Assembly: GCA_951406725.2 (NCBI GenBank)
Contig: OX597819.1
Coordinates: 121,582,001 to 121,646,000, forward strand
Source of the DNA: Octopus vulgaris
Lineage: Eukaryota
Direction of reading: 5' to 3'
Length of the DNA: 64,000 bases
Part shown: positions 1 through 12,008 of the stretch, in pieces
Layout: each line of letters begins with the position of its first letter
Numbering within the stretch: the first letter of the stretch is position 1
Translations under genes and position numbers: made by a program
The notes under the pieces: generated by a model
Databases searched by the model: none
Told to the model about the DNA's origin: nothing
Seen by the model: only the letters and a program-made list of their open reading frames with translations

Positions 1-679
1 TTCATTCTGTTGCATGTATTCTTTCAGACCCAAACCCTGGTTTCTTCCCCCCACTGTGAACCCCACCTCTCTTTCGATCTATCTCTTTCCCTCTCTTTCT
101 CTATTATCTTTTTTTGTCTGTTGACTTTAAACCACAGATGTTAAGACTGTGCACGATCTGCACTGACTTCACCTTTGCAGGAGGACTTGCAACAGCCAAG
201 ACCACCTCTCCACCTTCCTTAGTCCTTTTGTTACCACATTTCCATTGAAAAACACCGTCTTTGTTTTTATTTAGTTTGAAAATTATGAAAAATTTAGCAA
301 AAATAATTTTGTCATTAAAAAGCTGGAGTTTGAAACACAAATTAACCTGTGATGTTGAAGCAAGGTTTTAAATGAGATAACTTCAACCCTTTTGTTACCA
401 TATCTCTGTTGAAGTGCATTGTCATCGTTTCATTTAATTGTTTTTCAAATTATGATGAATTGAGAAGAATAATCATGTCATTCAGCTGATGTTTGGCGCA
501 TAAATGAACATGAAATTTTATTTGAAGAAGGTTTGAATTTTGATTATTTTAAAGCAATGAATTCATATCATAGAACCAGAGGTGGTCTCAAATGGGTTGG
601 TATCGTGGAATCAGATGAAAACTGAGTTACAGAAATTAAACAGATTCATTCTAAATGGACATACAAATTGTTACTCTTC

Positions 680-1094
680 AACTCGTTGGGTGGATCGAGT
701 TCCCACCACCAATCTCCGACTTCGCCTGTCTCCGCGGCCCATTCCATCTGTCCTTCTGCAACGGTGCTTGCAGTGGTTTGGCCATGCATGTAGGCGTCCG
801 TTGGGTGAACTGAGCCGTGATGTCCTTCTCCCAACTCCACTTCCCAACTGGCGGAAACGCGCGAGGGGGGAGGGGGCAGCTGAAGACCTAGGTTACGATG
901 ATCAAGGAGGACCTCTCCATGCTCATGGGACTGCAGGTGGTCGGCCTGCTCCGATGGAACCGTGACTGGCTCGCTATCTCCAGTGAACTGGCGAAGGACC
1001 GTCGTGTGTGGGCTGCCATGGTTCGAGATGCCTCGAGGGTGGTAGAAGAAGCCGACTCAACCCGCCCAGGGTGAATGTCGACACAAGTAAGTAA
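680..1094 (+). mobile_element. 5'-truncated RTE-clade LINE 3' end (ORF2 C-terminus, frameshifted)
   Basis: Translation ...LLQRCLQWFGHACRRPLGELSRDVLLPTPLPNWRKR. After a frameshift in the G-run near 865-878 it continues LKT*VTMIKEDL...WLAISSELAKDRRVWAAMVRDA...STRPG*, then a CAAGTAAGTAA tail. The RL.WFGH..R, W...IK.DL and A.DR..W motifs and the TAAG tail are typical of RTE elements. Confidence 0.85.
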
Positions 1095-1128
1095 AGTTAT
1101 GCTTCAGCAGACAAAATCCTACAGCCTT

Positions 1129-1366
1129 TTAACCCATATATACCCCGGTTGGCATTTTCGCAATGCAAAACCTGCCCCTACTTATTTGGACGTGAACTCA
1201 CCCAGAAGGATCTGACTGAGCATATGAAATGTTCAGTAGATAGTCGACACCCATAGCTAACAGTTGCATACTGTCCTTATTTTCCACATTGTGAAATCTT
1301 ACCATAATGTTTAATCTAAATACAGTGAAATTTTAAGACATTTTTATGGGCATATACAGGTTTTAA
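1129..1366. mobile_element. Probable piggyBac-type MITE (degenerate)
   Basis: Ends TTAACCCATATATACCC ... GGGCATATACAGGTTTTAA form imperfect inverted termini with TTAA flanks. Confidence 0.45.
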
Positions 1367-1620
1367 TCCTGCATGGATTCTCAGATATGCAGGAAAAGTC
1401 AATGGTTTCTTAGAATCACTCACCATGATCGTTGTAAGCTGTTCATCAGCTATCTATCTGAAGTTATATATTATCTATGGAACCCCCAAATTTTCTCCTG
1501 AATATCAATCTACTAGAAGCTGTCCTGGAATGTGCAATCAGATAAATATCCTCTGTTGGTTACCTACCATATCTTGAAGATCTTACTTCTCTGTGCACTG
1601 ACACTCTTAAAGTTTTGACA

Positions 1621-1849
1621 TTAACCCTTTAGTGTTCAGATTAGTCTCTACAAATGTAATGTTTATTTATTCACACTGCTTTGAATTTATCATGAATTAT
1701 ATCATAACTTCAAAAATTCAATGATGTGAGTGTTTATTTTTAGAATGACACTGTACAGTTGGTGTGAAAAGCCAGATCTATCTAGTTTGAAGGAAAAACT
1801 GATACAATATTTGGGCCGGATATGGCCGGTTTAAATGCTAAAGTGTTAA
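1621..1849. mobile_element. piggyBac-type MITE (TTAA/CCCTTTAG family)
   Basis: TTAACCCTTTAGTGTT ... AATGCTAAAGTGTTAA, i.e. TIRs with TTAA at both ends. Homologous copies lie at about 26223-26450 and 44044-44272. Confidence 0.75.
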
Positions 1850-1869
1850 GCAGCTGAATTGAAGCCTAC

Positions 1870-2610
1870 GGGATTATCCACCATCTTTTCTTACAAAATC
1901 TCTGGCCATCTCATGGACACACTTATAAAATCAAAACACAGCACAACACCCATAACTTGTAGAAACAATTTTTAGCACTCTCAACTGTTGAAGCATGGGA
2001 TAAACAACTTATATCAATAGTTAGCTATCAGGACACTGTGTCCTTCAAAACTTCCATGCTTCCCAAAATTCCCTTCCTCTTCTCCTGACATGTCTTTGCA
2101 TCCTACTCCATATGGTTCATTTACTCTCTAATTTTCTGCCTTTTTCTATTTAATTCTGAGTTCCTTCTCGAGCCATGCCTGGCTCATAAGGGCTGGTTCC
2201 CCAGTTTCCTTGGTGTATAGGTTCCCCACCTGGACAGGACACTGGTCAGGTACAGGTGAGCTGCAAAATGCAGGAGGAAAGAGTGAGAGAAAGTTGTGGC
2301 TAAAGAGTCAGCAGAAGTTCACCATTACCTTCTGCCAGAGCCGCGTGGAGCTTAGGTGTTTCACTCATAAACACACACATCGCCCGGTCTGAGATTCGAA
2401 CCCGCGATCCCTCGACTGCGAGTCCACTGCTCTAACCACTAGGCCATGTGCCTCCACTATTTAACTCTGAGTACTGTTCATGTATTTCTAGCTTTCATTA
2501 TTGTCTTTCTTTAACCAACTTACATTGCATTTTTCTGTCCCCTCTTTTAACCTTTTCTGATGAGCTACAGTACCTGGGCACTGTATACTTATAAGCTCAT
2601 CATTATTGTG
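1870..2610 (+). mobile_element. Old CR1/L2-group LINE 3' end, interrupted by a SINE
   Basis: 1910-2070 aligns by eye with the reverse complement of 50780-50960 (GH.YK..KQH...F....EAW.K....VS...SFKTSMLP.I). 2555-2610 matches that copy's 3' tail (CTGA..AG...GCACTG.ATAC..TAA..TCAT.ATTATT). Confidence 0.65.
2162..2456 (-). mobile_element. tRNA-derived SINE (family B) with 16-bp TSD
   Basis: Minus-strand head has box A TGGCCTAGTGG and box B GGTTCGAATC. The TSD is CTATTTAA(T/C)TCTGAGT at 2146-2161 and 2457-2472. A second copy lies at 46245-46522. Confidence 0.85.
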
Positions 2611-3157
2611 AATATTATGCACTGTTCTATGCACAACAGACATCTATCTCTTCTGCACTGTCTATTCATGGTAGTCTTATCCTCATATCATCAAATTTTA
2701 TCCCAGAATCATATCAACTACGAATGTCAAGAAACTCTTTCTCTTTGGGGATATATTTAGCAAATTATCAACATCATCATCATAATCATCATTATTTTCC
2801 TCCCCTGCTCTTTCTCCTTATCCTCTTCCTCCTCTATTACTGTTTCTATATTTCTAAAAAAATAAATAAATAAGTTGACGTTTTGCATCAACTTCTGAAA
2901 ATCGTTGACTTAAAACAAATTCTGTCATTTAAATTTTTAGCACATGTTCAACCCTGTTAGTATTATTACACTTAAATTCACCCAACATGTCATCTACTCA
3001 TATGTATATATATGTATACACACATATATATATATATGTGGCTGTATATATATGTATACATATATATATGTGTATATATATATCAATCTATCAACTTATC
3101 TATGTATATATACATACATATATACATATTATATATATGTATAAAGTAAAAAGTAAA

Positions 3158-3187
<30 letters not shown>

Positions 3188-3188
<1 letters not shown>

Positions 3189-3300
3189 AGAGGGATGACC
3201 ACAAAGTGGACATCCGTATGCTAGAAGTCGACTCCCTATGGTAAGACCACAGGGGGTCAACTTCTAGCATATGGATGTCCACTTAGTGGTCATCCCTCTT
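3188..3300. repeat. Near-perfect palindrome (55-bp arms, 3-nt loop) in a (TA)n context; probable foldback MITE
   Basis: The left arm AAGAGGGATGACCACAAAGTGGACATCCGTATGCTAGAAGTCGACTCCCTATGGT matches the reverse complement of 3246-3300 with 5 mismatches. Confidence 0.9.
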
Positions 3301-3411
3301 ATATATATGTAATATAATTTTTCTGAATCTTCAGATTTTTCTATATGCTAGACCACTAGTTTCAAATTGATATTAATCAAATTAATATTCAATTTTTCAC
3401 CCCCATCTTTT

Positions 3412-3414
<3 letters not shown>

Positions 3415-3491
<77 letters not shown>
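3415..3491. repeat. Pure (TA)n microsatellite (representative of many in the window)
   Basis: Uninterrupted TA dinucleotide run. Similar TA/TG/CA blocks occur at about 6950-8270, 9360-9670, 11330-12560, 19840-21180, 23430-24510, 27280-27710, 34980-35430, 53510-54680 and 56160-57480. Confidence 0.95.
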
Positions 3492-3494
<3 letters not shown>

Positions 3495-3744
3495 CTATTC
3501 CTGGTTCTAAGATACAAACCTCCTGTTTTGAAATGGCCCAAATTAAAAACTTCCTTCCAAATTTCATATTCCCAACATCAGCTTAATGCTGACATAGTTA
3601 TTTTAATAAGTGCTTCGTTATTTTAAAAATTAATTGAAATAAGGTATGTATTGCAACTGAAGTATCACAACAAAAGGGACAAAGTAATCTAAAGGAAAAT
3701 TTTACTTCAATATTTCGTGTTAATTTATGTTCCGAAACACCATC

Positions 3745-3975
3745 TTAACCGTTTCGTTACCAACCCGGCTGAAACCGGCTCTGGCTTTGTAGTACAAAGG
3801 TCTTGATTTTTCATAAGTTTTGAACTAAAATCTTCCACCAAACCTTAGTCACAATCTATGTTCTTAACACTAGCTTAATGATAACTACATTATTTAACTA
3901 AATTCTTCGTTATATTTAAAGTAATTGAAAAAAACATAGAACATCTCAAAATAAATACAGTAACGAAAGGGTTAA
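3745..3975. mobile_element. piggyBac-type MITE (CCCTTTCGTTAC family)
   Basis: TTAACCGTTTCGTTAC ... GTAACGAAAGGGTTAA: a 12-bp TIR with one mismatch plus TTAA at both ends. Related degenerate relics lie at about 385-600, 3540-3700, 15870-16170 and 25830-26200. Confidence 0.85.
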
Positions 3976-3987
3976 TAAACAAATACC

Positions 3988-4407
3988 TATTTCTTTACTA
4001 CCCACAAGGGGTTAAACACAGAGGGGACAAAACAAGGACAGACAAATGGATTAAGTCGATTATATCAACTCCAGTGTGAAACTGGTACTTATTTAATCGA
4101 CCCCGAAAGGATGAAAGGAAAAGTCGACCTCGGCAGAATTTGAACTCAGAACGTAGCAGCAGACAAAATACCTATTTTTTTACTACCTACAAGGGGCTAA
4201 ACACAGAGGGGACAAACAAGGACAGACAAACGTATTAAGTCGATTATATCGACCCCAGTGCAAAACTGGTACTTATTTAATCGACCCCGAAAGGATGAAA
4301 AGCAAAGTCGACCTCGGGGGAATTTGAACTCAGAACGTAGCGGCAGACGAAATACTGCTTAGCATTTCGCCCGGCATGCTAACGATTCTGCCAGCTTGCG
4401 GCCTTCA
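3988..4407 (-). mobile_element. Meta-domain-like tRNA SINE with internal ~185-bp tandem duplication and 15-bp TSD
   Basis: Minus strand reads GGC.GC.AGCTGGCAGAATCGTTAGC...GAGTTCAAATT...GTCGACTTT..TTTCATCCTTTCGGGGTCGATTAAATAAGTACC, resembling the MetaSINE central domain. The body and tail are present twice. TAATAAACAAATACC occurs at 3973-3987 and 4408-4422. Confidence 0.85.
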
Positions 4408-4920
4408 TAATAAACAAATACCAGCTTATTAATGACAATATTATTTTACTACATTCTTCTTTATCTTCAAAATATTCTTAAAACAAAGGCTGTGTTTTTG
4501 AACAGTAACATGGTAACAAATGAGTTAATGTCTTAGCTGGGGTTTTTTTTTTACTGTTCTGTATCTCTGTTAGTTATAGAAACATGCAGATGTGTATTGA
4601 AAGTGTTAGTAATCTTAGCATTGTGTTGTTTGTGATGTACCTCTAGGCAAACCAGATTACTCCTTATGCCTCGGTAAATTTTTTCTACCATTTTCACTTT
4701 TCCTACTATAAAGTAATGTGTGTGAGTATTCTGACAATAATTATAACTGGCTGTATAATAGAGAGAGAGAGAGAGAGAGAGAGCTACTTGCAACTGTTTC
4801 ATTCTCTCTCTCTATCTCTGTCTTATCTGATTAAGACTCTGAGACCATATACTAACTTCTAAAGTAACCAGATAACAAGAATTTCTTCTGTTAGACCAAC
4901 ATCTGTGTTGGATTGTCAAC

Positions 4921-5093
4921 TCAAGTAGCTGTAGGTGCATTGCATTGACTAAATAAATACCCTCCCACTCGACTCGGTAAAATCCCCAGGATTTGTAAAG
5001 AAACCAACAAGAGAACCATATCAGCTACTGTAGTTAAAATAACTGAAGAGAGCAGAATGGAACGAACAGGTGTGGCTGTAGACTGGGCTGAAT
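4921..5093 (-). CDS. Candidate terminal coding exon of an unidentified host gene (hydrophobic C-terminus)
   Basis: Non-repetitive sequence. Acceptor-like CTATTCATTCAG (phase 1) is followed by (D)SAQSTATPVRSILLSSVILTTVADMVLLLVSLQILGILPSRVGGYLFSQCNAPTAT-TGA. No upstream exon was identified. Confidence 0.35.
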
Positions 5094-5117
5094 CTGAATG
5101 AATAGTGACATATGTAC

Positions 5118-5856
5118 AGGTAGAGGCTTGGATGTTCGGTAAAGAAGCTCTTTTGGCAACCATGTGGTTTTGGGTTCAATTCCTCTGTATGACACCTTGG
5201 GCGGGTGTCTTCCGCAATAGCCATAGGCCAACAAATACATTGTGGTTGAATTCAGTAGCTGGCAATTGAATCGTAGTCCATCGTATGTGTGTATGTGTGT
5301 GACTTTAAGTTTGTGTTGTCCCCTGCATTTGACAAATGGTGTTGGTTTATTTACATCCCTGTGACTTACTAGTTCAGGAAATGAGACTGATTGAATAACT
5401 AAAGGGTAAGATTAAAGACTCCTTCGGTCATGAATGATCATCGGATTACACCAAGAAAGTTCCTCTCCGAGGCACAAGTCTGAGCAAGGTTGTTTATGGA
5501 AGACCAACAGTCACCCATGTATACCACCCTTGCCACTCCACTCCATTCCACTCCACTGATGTTATCCAAAGGAAAGGTAAATGCTGATATATCTTGGCAC
5601 CAGTGATATCACAACTCATGTCTACAGCTGAGAGAACTGGAACAACATGAAATAAAGTGTCTTGCTCAAGAAGACAACACACAGCCCAGTCCAGGAATCA
5701 AACTCACCACCTCATGATTGTGAGCCCCACATTCTAACCACTGAACCATGTGCCTTCAATGATAAGTTCAGGGATTGAATCTCTTTGACTAATAAAGCCC
5801 TTCAAAGTAGTGCCCTACAATGGCTGCAGGCCAATGACTAAAATAAGTACAAAGAG
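5118..5856 (+). mobile_element. Degenerate SINE family A interrupted by SINE family C
   Basis: Family-A head and body span 5118-5400, and its tail (GTGCCCTACAATGGCTGCAGGCCAATGACTAAAATAAGTA) resumes at about 5760-5856. Confidence 0.65.
5401..5758 (-). mobile_element. tRNA-derived CORE-like SINE (family C)
   Basis: Minus-strand head GGCACATGGTTCAGTGGTTAGA...GAGTTTGATTCC, then TTGAGCAAGACACTTTATTTCA...CTCAGCTG and a distinct tail. A related head is at about 32186-32320 (+). Confidence 0.75.
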
Positions 5857-5878
5857 ATGCATATATATACATATATAC

Positions 5879-6048
5879 AGGTGCAAGAGTGGCTGTGTGG
5901 TTTGAAGCTTGCTTCCTCACCACATAGTTCTGGGTTCAGTCTCACTGCGTGGCACCTTGGGCAAGTGTCTTCTACTATAGCCTCGGGCCGACAAAAGCCT
6001 TGTGAGTTGATTTCAGAGGTGGAAACTGAACGAAGCCCATTGTATATG

Positions 6049-6101
<53 letters not shown>

Positions 6102-6325
6102 GTATTTGTATGTATGTATGTATTTGTGTGTCTGTGTTTGTCCCTCCACTGTCGGTTGACAACTGATGTTGTTGTATTTACATCTTCATAACCTAGCGGT
6201 CCAGCAAAAGAGATCGATAGCATAAGTACTAGGTTTACGCAGAAGAAATCCTGGGGTCAGTTTCTTTGATTAAAGATGGTGCTCCAGCATGGTTGCAGTT
6301 AAGTAACTGAAACACATAAAAGAAT
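5879..6325 (+). mobile_element. SINE family A (tRNA head, CORE-like CCTTGGGCAAGT, central microsatellite, LINE-like tail)
   Basis: GTGGCTGTGTGGT..AAGCTTGCT...GGGTTCAGTC.CACTGCGTGGCACCTTGGGCAAGTGTCTTC, then (TA)n/(TG)n, then ...GGTGCTCCAGCATGG..GCAGT...ACTGAAAC. About 17 full or partial copies are in the window. Confidence 0.9.
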
Positions 6326-7296
6326 GGTGTGTTTGAGTTCATTAGTTTTTCCCACTGTTTATTGGATGTTTGTTCAGTTAAGCAGAGTATATATACACAT
6401 ATATACATACATAAATAGGAAGAGTATCATAATAATGGTGGTGCTATATATTTGATGAACTTCCTCACTGCTTGCGCTCGTTTTGCTCACTTATATATTA
6501 TATATCTGTGTAAATGTGTGTTTATGTTGTGTGTGTGTGTGTGTGTATATGTATAAAACATTTAAATATTGCGTAGCTTATTGTTTTATAAAATAAACAT
6601 CAATTTAATGGCTCTGAGGAAGCTACAGAATGTTGCACAAACACTTTTTCCTATAGCAGAAACACCTGTAAACTACTGAAGTTGATTATATAATACTTGT
6701 TTCTTTGTCATTTATATATATATAAGTGTGTATATATGTGTGTGTGTTCATAAATACTCATAGTTATATATTTATGTATGTGTTTATCCACAGATAAAAC
6801 CGGAAAACACATCTCTGAATCTAGCATTTAATGGTTGTCAAATTATTTCTACATTTCATTTAATAAACTCCTAAGTACAAACGACTATTAGCTCCTTAAC
6901 ATTCTATAACACTACAAGTGGTCCCTTCTTCACTTTTTGCCCAGTAAGTGAGTGTATATACATGTATGTGTGAATGTTTGTGTATGTGTGTATATGTGTG
7001 TATATGTTTGTGTTTGCATTTTTATACAAGACTTGTGTATATTCCTTTTTCCTACTTCTAGTGTGTGTGACTATATGCATGCATGTATATGTGTATATAG
7101 TGTGTGTATATATATATACACACAGTGTGTGTATATATATATACACACAGTGTGTGTACATATATATATATAAACAAATGCATACACAAACATACATACA
7201 CACACACATACACATTCACACATATATATATGTGTATATACACATTCACACATATATATATGTGTATATACACATTCACACACATATATATATATA

Positions 7297-7331
<35 letters not shown>

Positions 7332-7391
7332 TCATATGCGTGTGTCTTTGAACACACACTTAACACATACAACTTCGATAGCACTTATATA

Positions 7392-7426
<35 letters not shown>

Positions 7427-8068
7427 ATATGTATGTGTTTATGTCTGCGTTTTCATTTCCGCCCCTCCCCTCAAACCCTTTTTCTCTTTCCCTGTTACTG
7501 CTGGTGCCTATCTAGCAAACATTAGACCACTTTTCTTGGGTTTATCTTTGCTTTACTAATTTGCTTATCTGGCACTGCAGCATTTTTATACCCTAGCACA
7601 CACCCACACTCCGACACATTACAGCCCATCCTGCCTCGCCCACCACCAGCAACTCAAACCACTCACTCTCACAAGCCAACCTCCCCCAACCGCCGCCATC
7701 ACCCGACCTTTCACTGTCATCACAAGCAATTTTCATGCCACTTTGTATTCGTACATACACACATACATACGTACATATGTACGCACATACATTTTTACAT
7801 ACATACATACATAGATAAGTACATACGGACGCAGATACATACCTACAAACATACATTCATACATTTATACATACATATATACATATATATATATACACAC
7901 TTACACACATACATATATATACATATATATATATGCACACACACATACATATACATATATATGCATATATATATATACCCACACACACCCACATATATAT
8001 GTACACATACACACATGTGTATATATACATATTTACATGTGTGTGTGTATATATATGTATATGTATGC

Positions 8069-8109
<41 letters not shown>

Positions 8110-8152
8110 TATACATACATCCATATACATATACACATATACATACACAAAT

Positions 8153-8190
<38 letters not shown>

Positions 8191-8949
8191 GCATACACAC
8201 ACACACACACACATATATACATACACACACACACACGCACATATATATATACATGCATACACACACACAAATGCCCTCTTGATTCATTTTGATTCATCCA
8301 TATAGAATTTCTTGGGGATTTATTTTTTTATATATTTATAGATTTATCTATTTATTAATTTATTTATCTGTTTTATGCTTTTTTCCCTGATTATATATCC
8401 TGATACAAGCATTTAATAGTTTTTTTATCAGCTGGAAAAGGGAGACAACTTTGTTTTAACGTGACATTTCTATTTATTCCACTTACAGTCAAAACTTGCA
8501 TTCTTTTTTTCATTTTTTTTTCATTCATATATCTCTGTGGATCATTTGTTGTTTTTGTTTTTGCACAAAATAGTGTGCATGTTATTATTATTGTTATTTG
8601 TTGTTAATATTTCAAAAAACAAAAAGTAAAAACAGGACAAGTTCATTGTATAATCTATGCAATATTTGAGGTTTTTTTTTTTTTTACATATTTTTACTCT
8701 CACGCACACAAAAACACACGCACATATATATATATATATACATACACACATATATATATATATACATACACACACACATATATATATATATATGCATGTA
8801 TATATTCACACACACACATATATATACATATACACACACATGCAATATATATGCTATTTTTTCCCATTATTTCATTCTACCTTTTTTCTAAGAATGAAAA
8901 AAAAAAAAACACTTTATGAAATAAAAAAAAATACATGAGCAACATACGT

Positions 8950-9353
8950 ATATATTTAATATAATGAATGCGAAAACCAATTTCTGTGTGTCAGTGTGTC
9001 ACACTTTTTCACCTTTACTCCTAGAGGCTGTAGCCCTTCATATCATAACCTTTTCGGATCAGGTTGACTCCATGAGTAAATTAAAAACCTTCCAGGCCGA
9101 ATTTCGGAACTGCAATCCTAAAATGTTTGATTCCTATGATTTCAATACTGAGATTGTTTTCGGCGATGTTTTTGTACATGATTCTTAGCGACGAATACGA
9201 TCATCAGTGGGATATGGCTCTGGAGGAAGCAATTGCAACAAATTCTCCAAAAGAAGTCAGAGATCTGTTTGCAGATCTTCCCATTCTGGGTCAGTTGTTT
9301 AAAAGCTGTATACTAGCTTAAAAACTGCTCAATACGGTGGCTTTTAAGCTAGT
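8950..9353 (+). mobile_element. Non-autonomous Helitron derivative with RepHel remnant
   Basis: AT-rich 5' end (TATATTTAATATAATGAATG...TCTGTGTGTC) and a 3' CTAG|T terminus preceded by a hairpin. The internal frame DEYDHQWDMALEEAIATNSPKEVRDLFA resembles the RepHel DD..W...L.EA....SP..LR.LFA motif. Confidence 0.65.
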
Positions 9354-9374
9354 ATGTAGGTATATATACTAGCA

Positions 9375-9427
<53 letters not shown>

Positions 9428-9442
9428 GTATATATATATGTG

Positions 9443-9477
<35 letters not shown>

Positions 9478-9518
9478 GTATATACATATATATATATGTA
9501 TATACATATATATATATG

Positions 9519-9565
<47 letters not shown>

Positions 9566-9671
9566 GTATATACATATATATATATGTATATACATATATA
9601 TATATGTATATATATATATATGTATATACATATATATATATGTATATACATATATATATATGTATATATAA

Positions 9672-9845
9672 AGTACCCACTACATGCCCGGAGTGGTTGG
9701 CATTAGGAAGGGCATCGAGCTGTAGAAACCTTGCCAGATCACCCTGGAGTCTGGTGCAGCCTCCTGGCTTGCCAGTCCTCACTCAAACCATCGAACCCTT
9801 GCCAGCTTGGAAAGCAGACATTATATAATGATGATGAGGATGATA
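9672..9845 (+). mobile_element. RTE-type non-autonomous element 3' part, (ATG)n-tailed (family D)
   Basis: GAGTGGTTGGC.TTAGGAAGGGCATC.AGCTGTAGAAAC...CC.TGCCAGC.TGGAAAGC.GAC.TTA..ATGATGATG, inserted at the end of a (TA)n tract. Confidence 0.75.
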
Positions 9846-11145
9846 TACATATGCATACATACATATATATCAGGAACAATAATGAGAGAGTCTTAGAAAT
9901 ATCTAAATATCATATTGGGTGCTGATTAATTAACATAGCATAATAATGACTTTAACAGCGTGACAATTAATAATGTGAAAACACTAATGATTTGTAAAAC
10001 TAAAGTATAAAAACTGCCGCAGCAAAAGAAATAATATGTAGCAGCTAAGTAAGTGCTTTTTAAACGGTGAAAAAGATATATTTTTAATATATTTTTCTAG
10101 TTCATGTGCTTGTAGCTGCTTCTGTTAGTTATTTTTTAAACTTGTAATTTTACAGTAAGAACTCCACTGACTGTCTACATAAAGTTCTGAATGTTTATTC
10201 ATGTTGTTACAACTTTGATATGAAGTAAATGATTATAAGGATCTTATATAGCAGTTTGAAAAAGACATATTTTGTAGAAAAGATAGTATCACTAAGATTT
10301 GTCAATTGGCTTATTAATGTCTTATATCCTGTTTCTTTCAGGAACCAGATATACTCAGAGAGGCTTGCATCAAATTTTTATTCACAAAGCCATACATATA
10401 CCTATACACATACACACATATCCACAGACGCAAACTCACATACACATGCCCACATGAAGATAGATTCACATACATACACATATAAACCCAAAACATACAC
10501 ACATTTAAAAACCAAACTGGGTGAGAGTAAATAATTTCAACTAATACGTAGATATAGATGATAGATAAATTACATATATAATCATATGGCAATGAGCACA
10601 TGTGCATACATACTTCCATGTGTGTAAACACTGACTGAAGGAGGTATTTTAATATCTTCTCTTCTATGACCTCCACCAAATGGAAAATGCAACAGCAGTT
10701 CAACGCCAACCAAAATATTTGGATCGAAACTCAAAACTCACCGATACCTCAATCACTTTCTTCATTATTTATTTTCCGCATTTACAAAATTACATGCTAA
10801 ATATTGAGTTGAGCAAATGGTTTCACCACACGAGCTTCAACCAAATCAAGCATATTCACCTATTTCATAGGAGCAAATTTCAAAGCGATCTCACCCAGAA
10901 ACACATATACACACTGTTTGCTTTTCTTCGGCATTCTTGTTTGTTATTCCAATAATCTGTTATGAAAGGATATCATCACTTCTTATTCTGTCTTTTTTTT
11001 GTTGTTGTTGCTTTTCTGTTAATCCTGTGTGCAATCAATTTATTCCTTTTTAATATATAATCCAGTTAGCTTTTTTCAAATTTTACTTTTCATCAGAGAC
11101 TCAGCTTTATGAAACGTGTGTCTGTGAATCTGTCTCTCTGTCTGT

Positions 11146-11151
11146 CTATCC

Positions 11152-11214
<63 letters not shown>

Positions 11215-11226
11215 ATCCATCCATCC

Positions 11227-11303
<77 letters not shown>

Positions 11304-11323
11304 CCGATTTATCTGTCTATCTA
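11146..11323. repeat. (CTAT)n tetranucleotide microsatellite
   Basis: Direct observation. The complementary (ATAG)n occurs at 31195-31352 and 48136-48180. Confidence 0.95.
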
Positions 11324-11511
11324 TTTAAATATGTGTATATATATATACACACACATACACACATATGTATATACATATATATATATATACACATATATAT
11401 ACACTATACACACACATATATACACTATACACACACATATATATGTATACACATAATTATATACATATAAGCAGATAACAGATAAAGTGTATACATATAT
11501 ATATGTATGTA

Positions 11512-11578
<67 letters not shown>

Positions 11579-11878
11579 ATAGATGTGCTCACAGACTCAT
11601 ATATATGGTTATTTAGACTTAGGAGATTAAGAGATATAGGGAATCAGTAGTTGATATTGTGCCTGATAAATATACCAAAAGAAATGTATATACACACATA
11701 TATATATTTGGGTATGTATGAATATATGCATATGTGTGTGTATATATATACATGTATGTTTGTATGTATGGTGCTTGAAACGTTAAACCACGTTTCTTTC
11801 CTTCCCTGAGTGTCTGCTAATACTTTACATGTACCAGTTCCTCATGTTGTTTTTTTGTACTTGTTCTTTTTGGGGATT

Positions 11879-11918
<40 letters not shown>

Positions 11919-11956
11919 ACACACACATATACATACCTACATACATACAAATATAC

Positions 11957-12008
<52 letters not shown>

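Noticed and set aside
104-340. 78-aa minus-strand ORF at the window start
   Set aside because: No recognisable domain. The upstream part overlaps an AT-rich MITE-like relic, and there are no convincing splice signals.
2385-2456. tRNA-like sequence with A/B boxes (also 46460-46522 and SINE A/C heads)
   Set aside because: No complete cloverleaf or acceptor stem. It continues into a SINE body flanked by a TSD, so it is a SINE head rather than a tRNA gene.
2557-2590. CTGATGAG followed by a TACAGT/ACTGTA hairpin (hammerhead-like)
   Set aside because: No GAAA after the stem. The homologous LINE tail at 50660-50700 has CTGACAAG, so this is the LINE 3' stem-loop.
6904-9828. Numerous Y/I/H/T/C/V-rich ORFs (also throughout the window)
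   Set aside because: Translations of (TA)n/(TG)n/(CA)n microsatellites, open in multiple overlapping frames on both strands.
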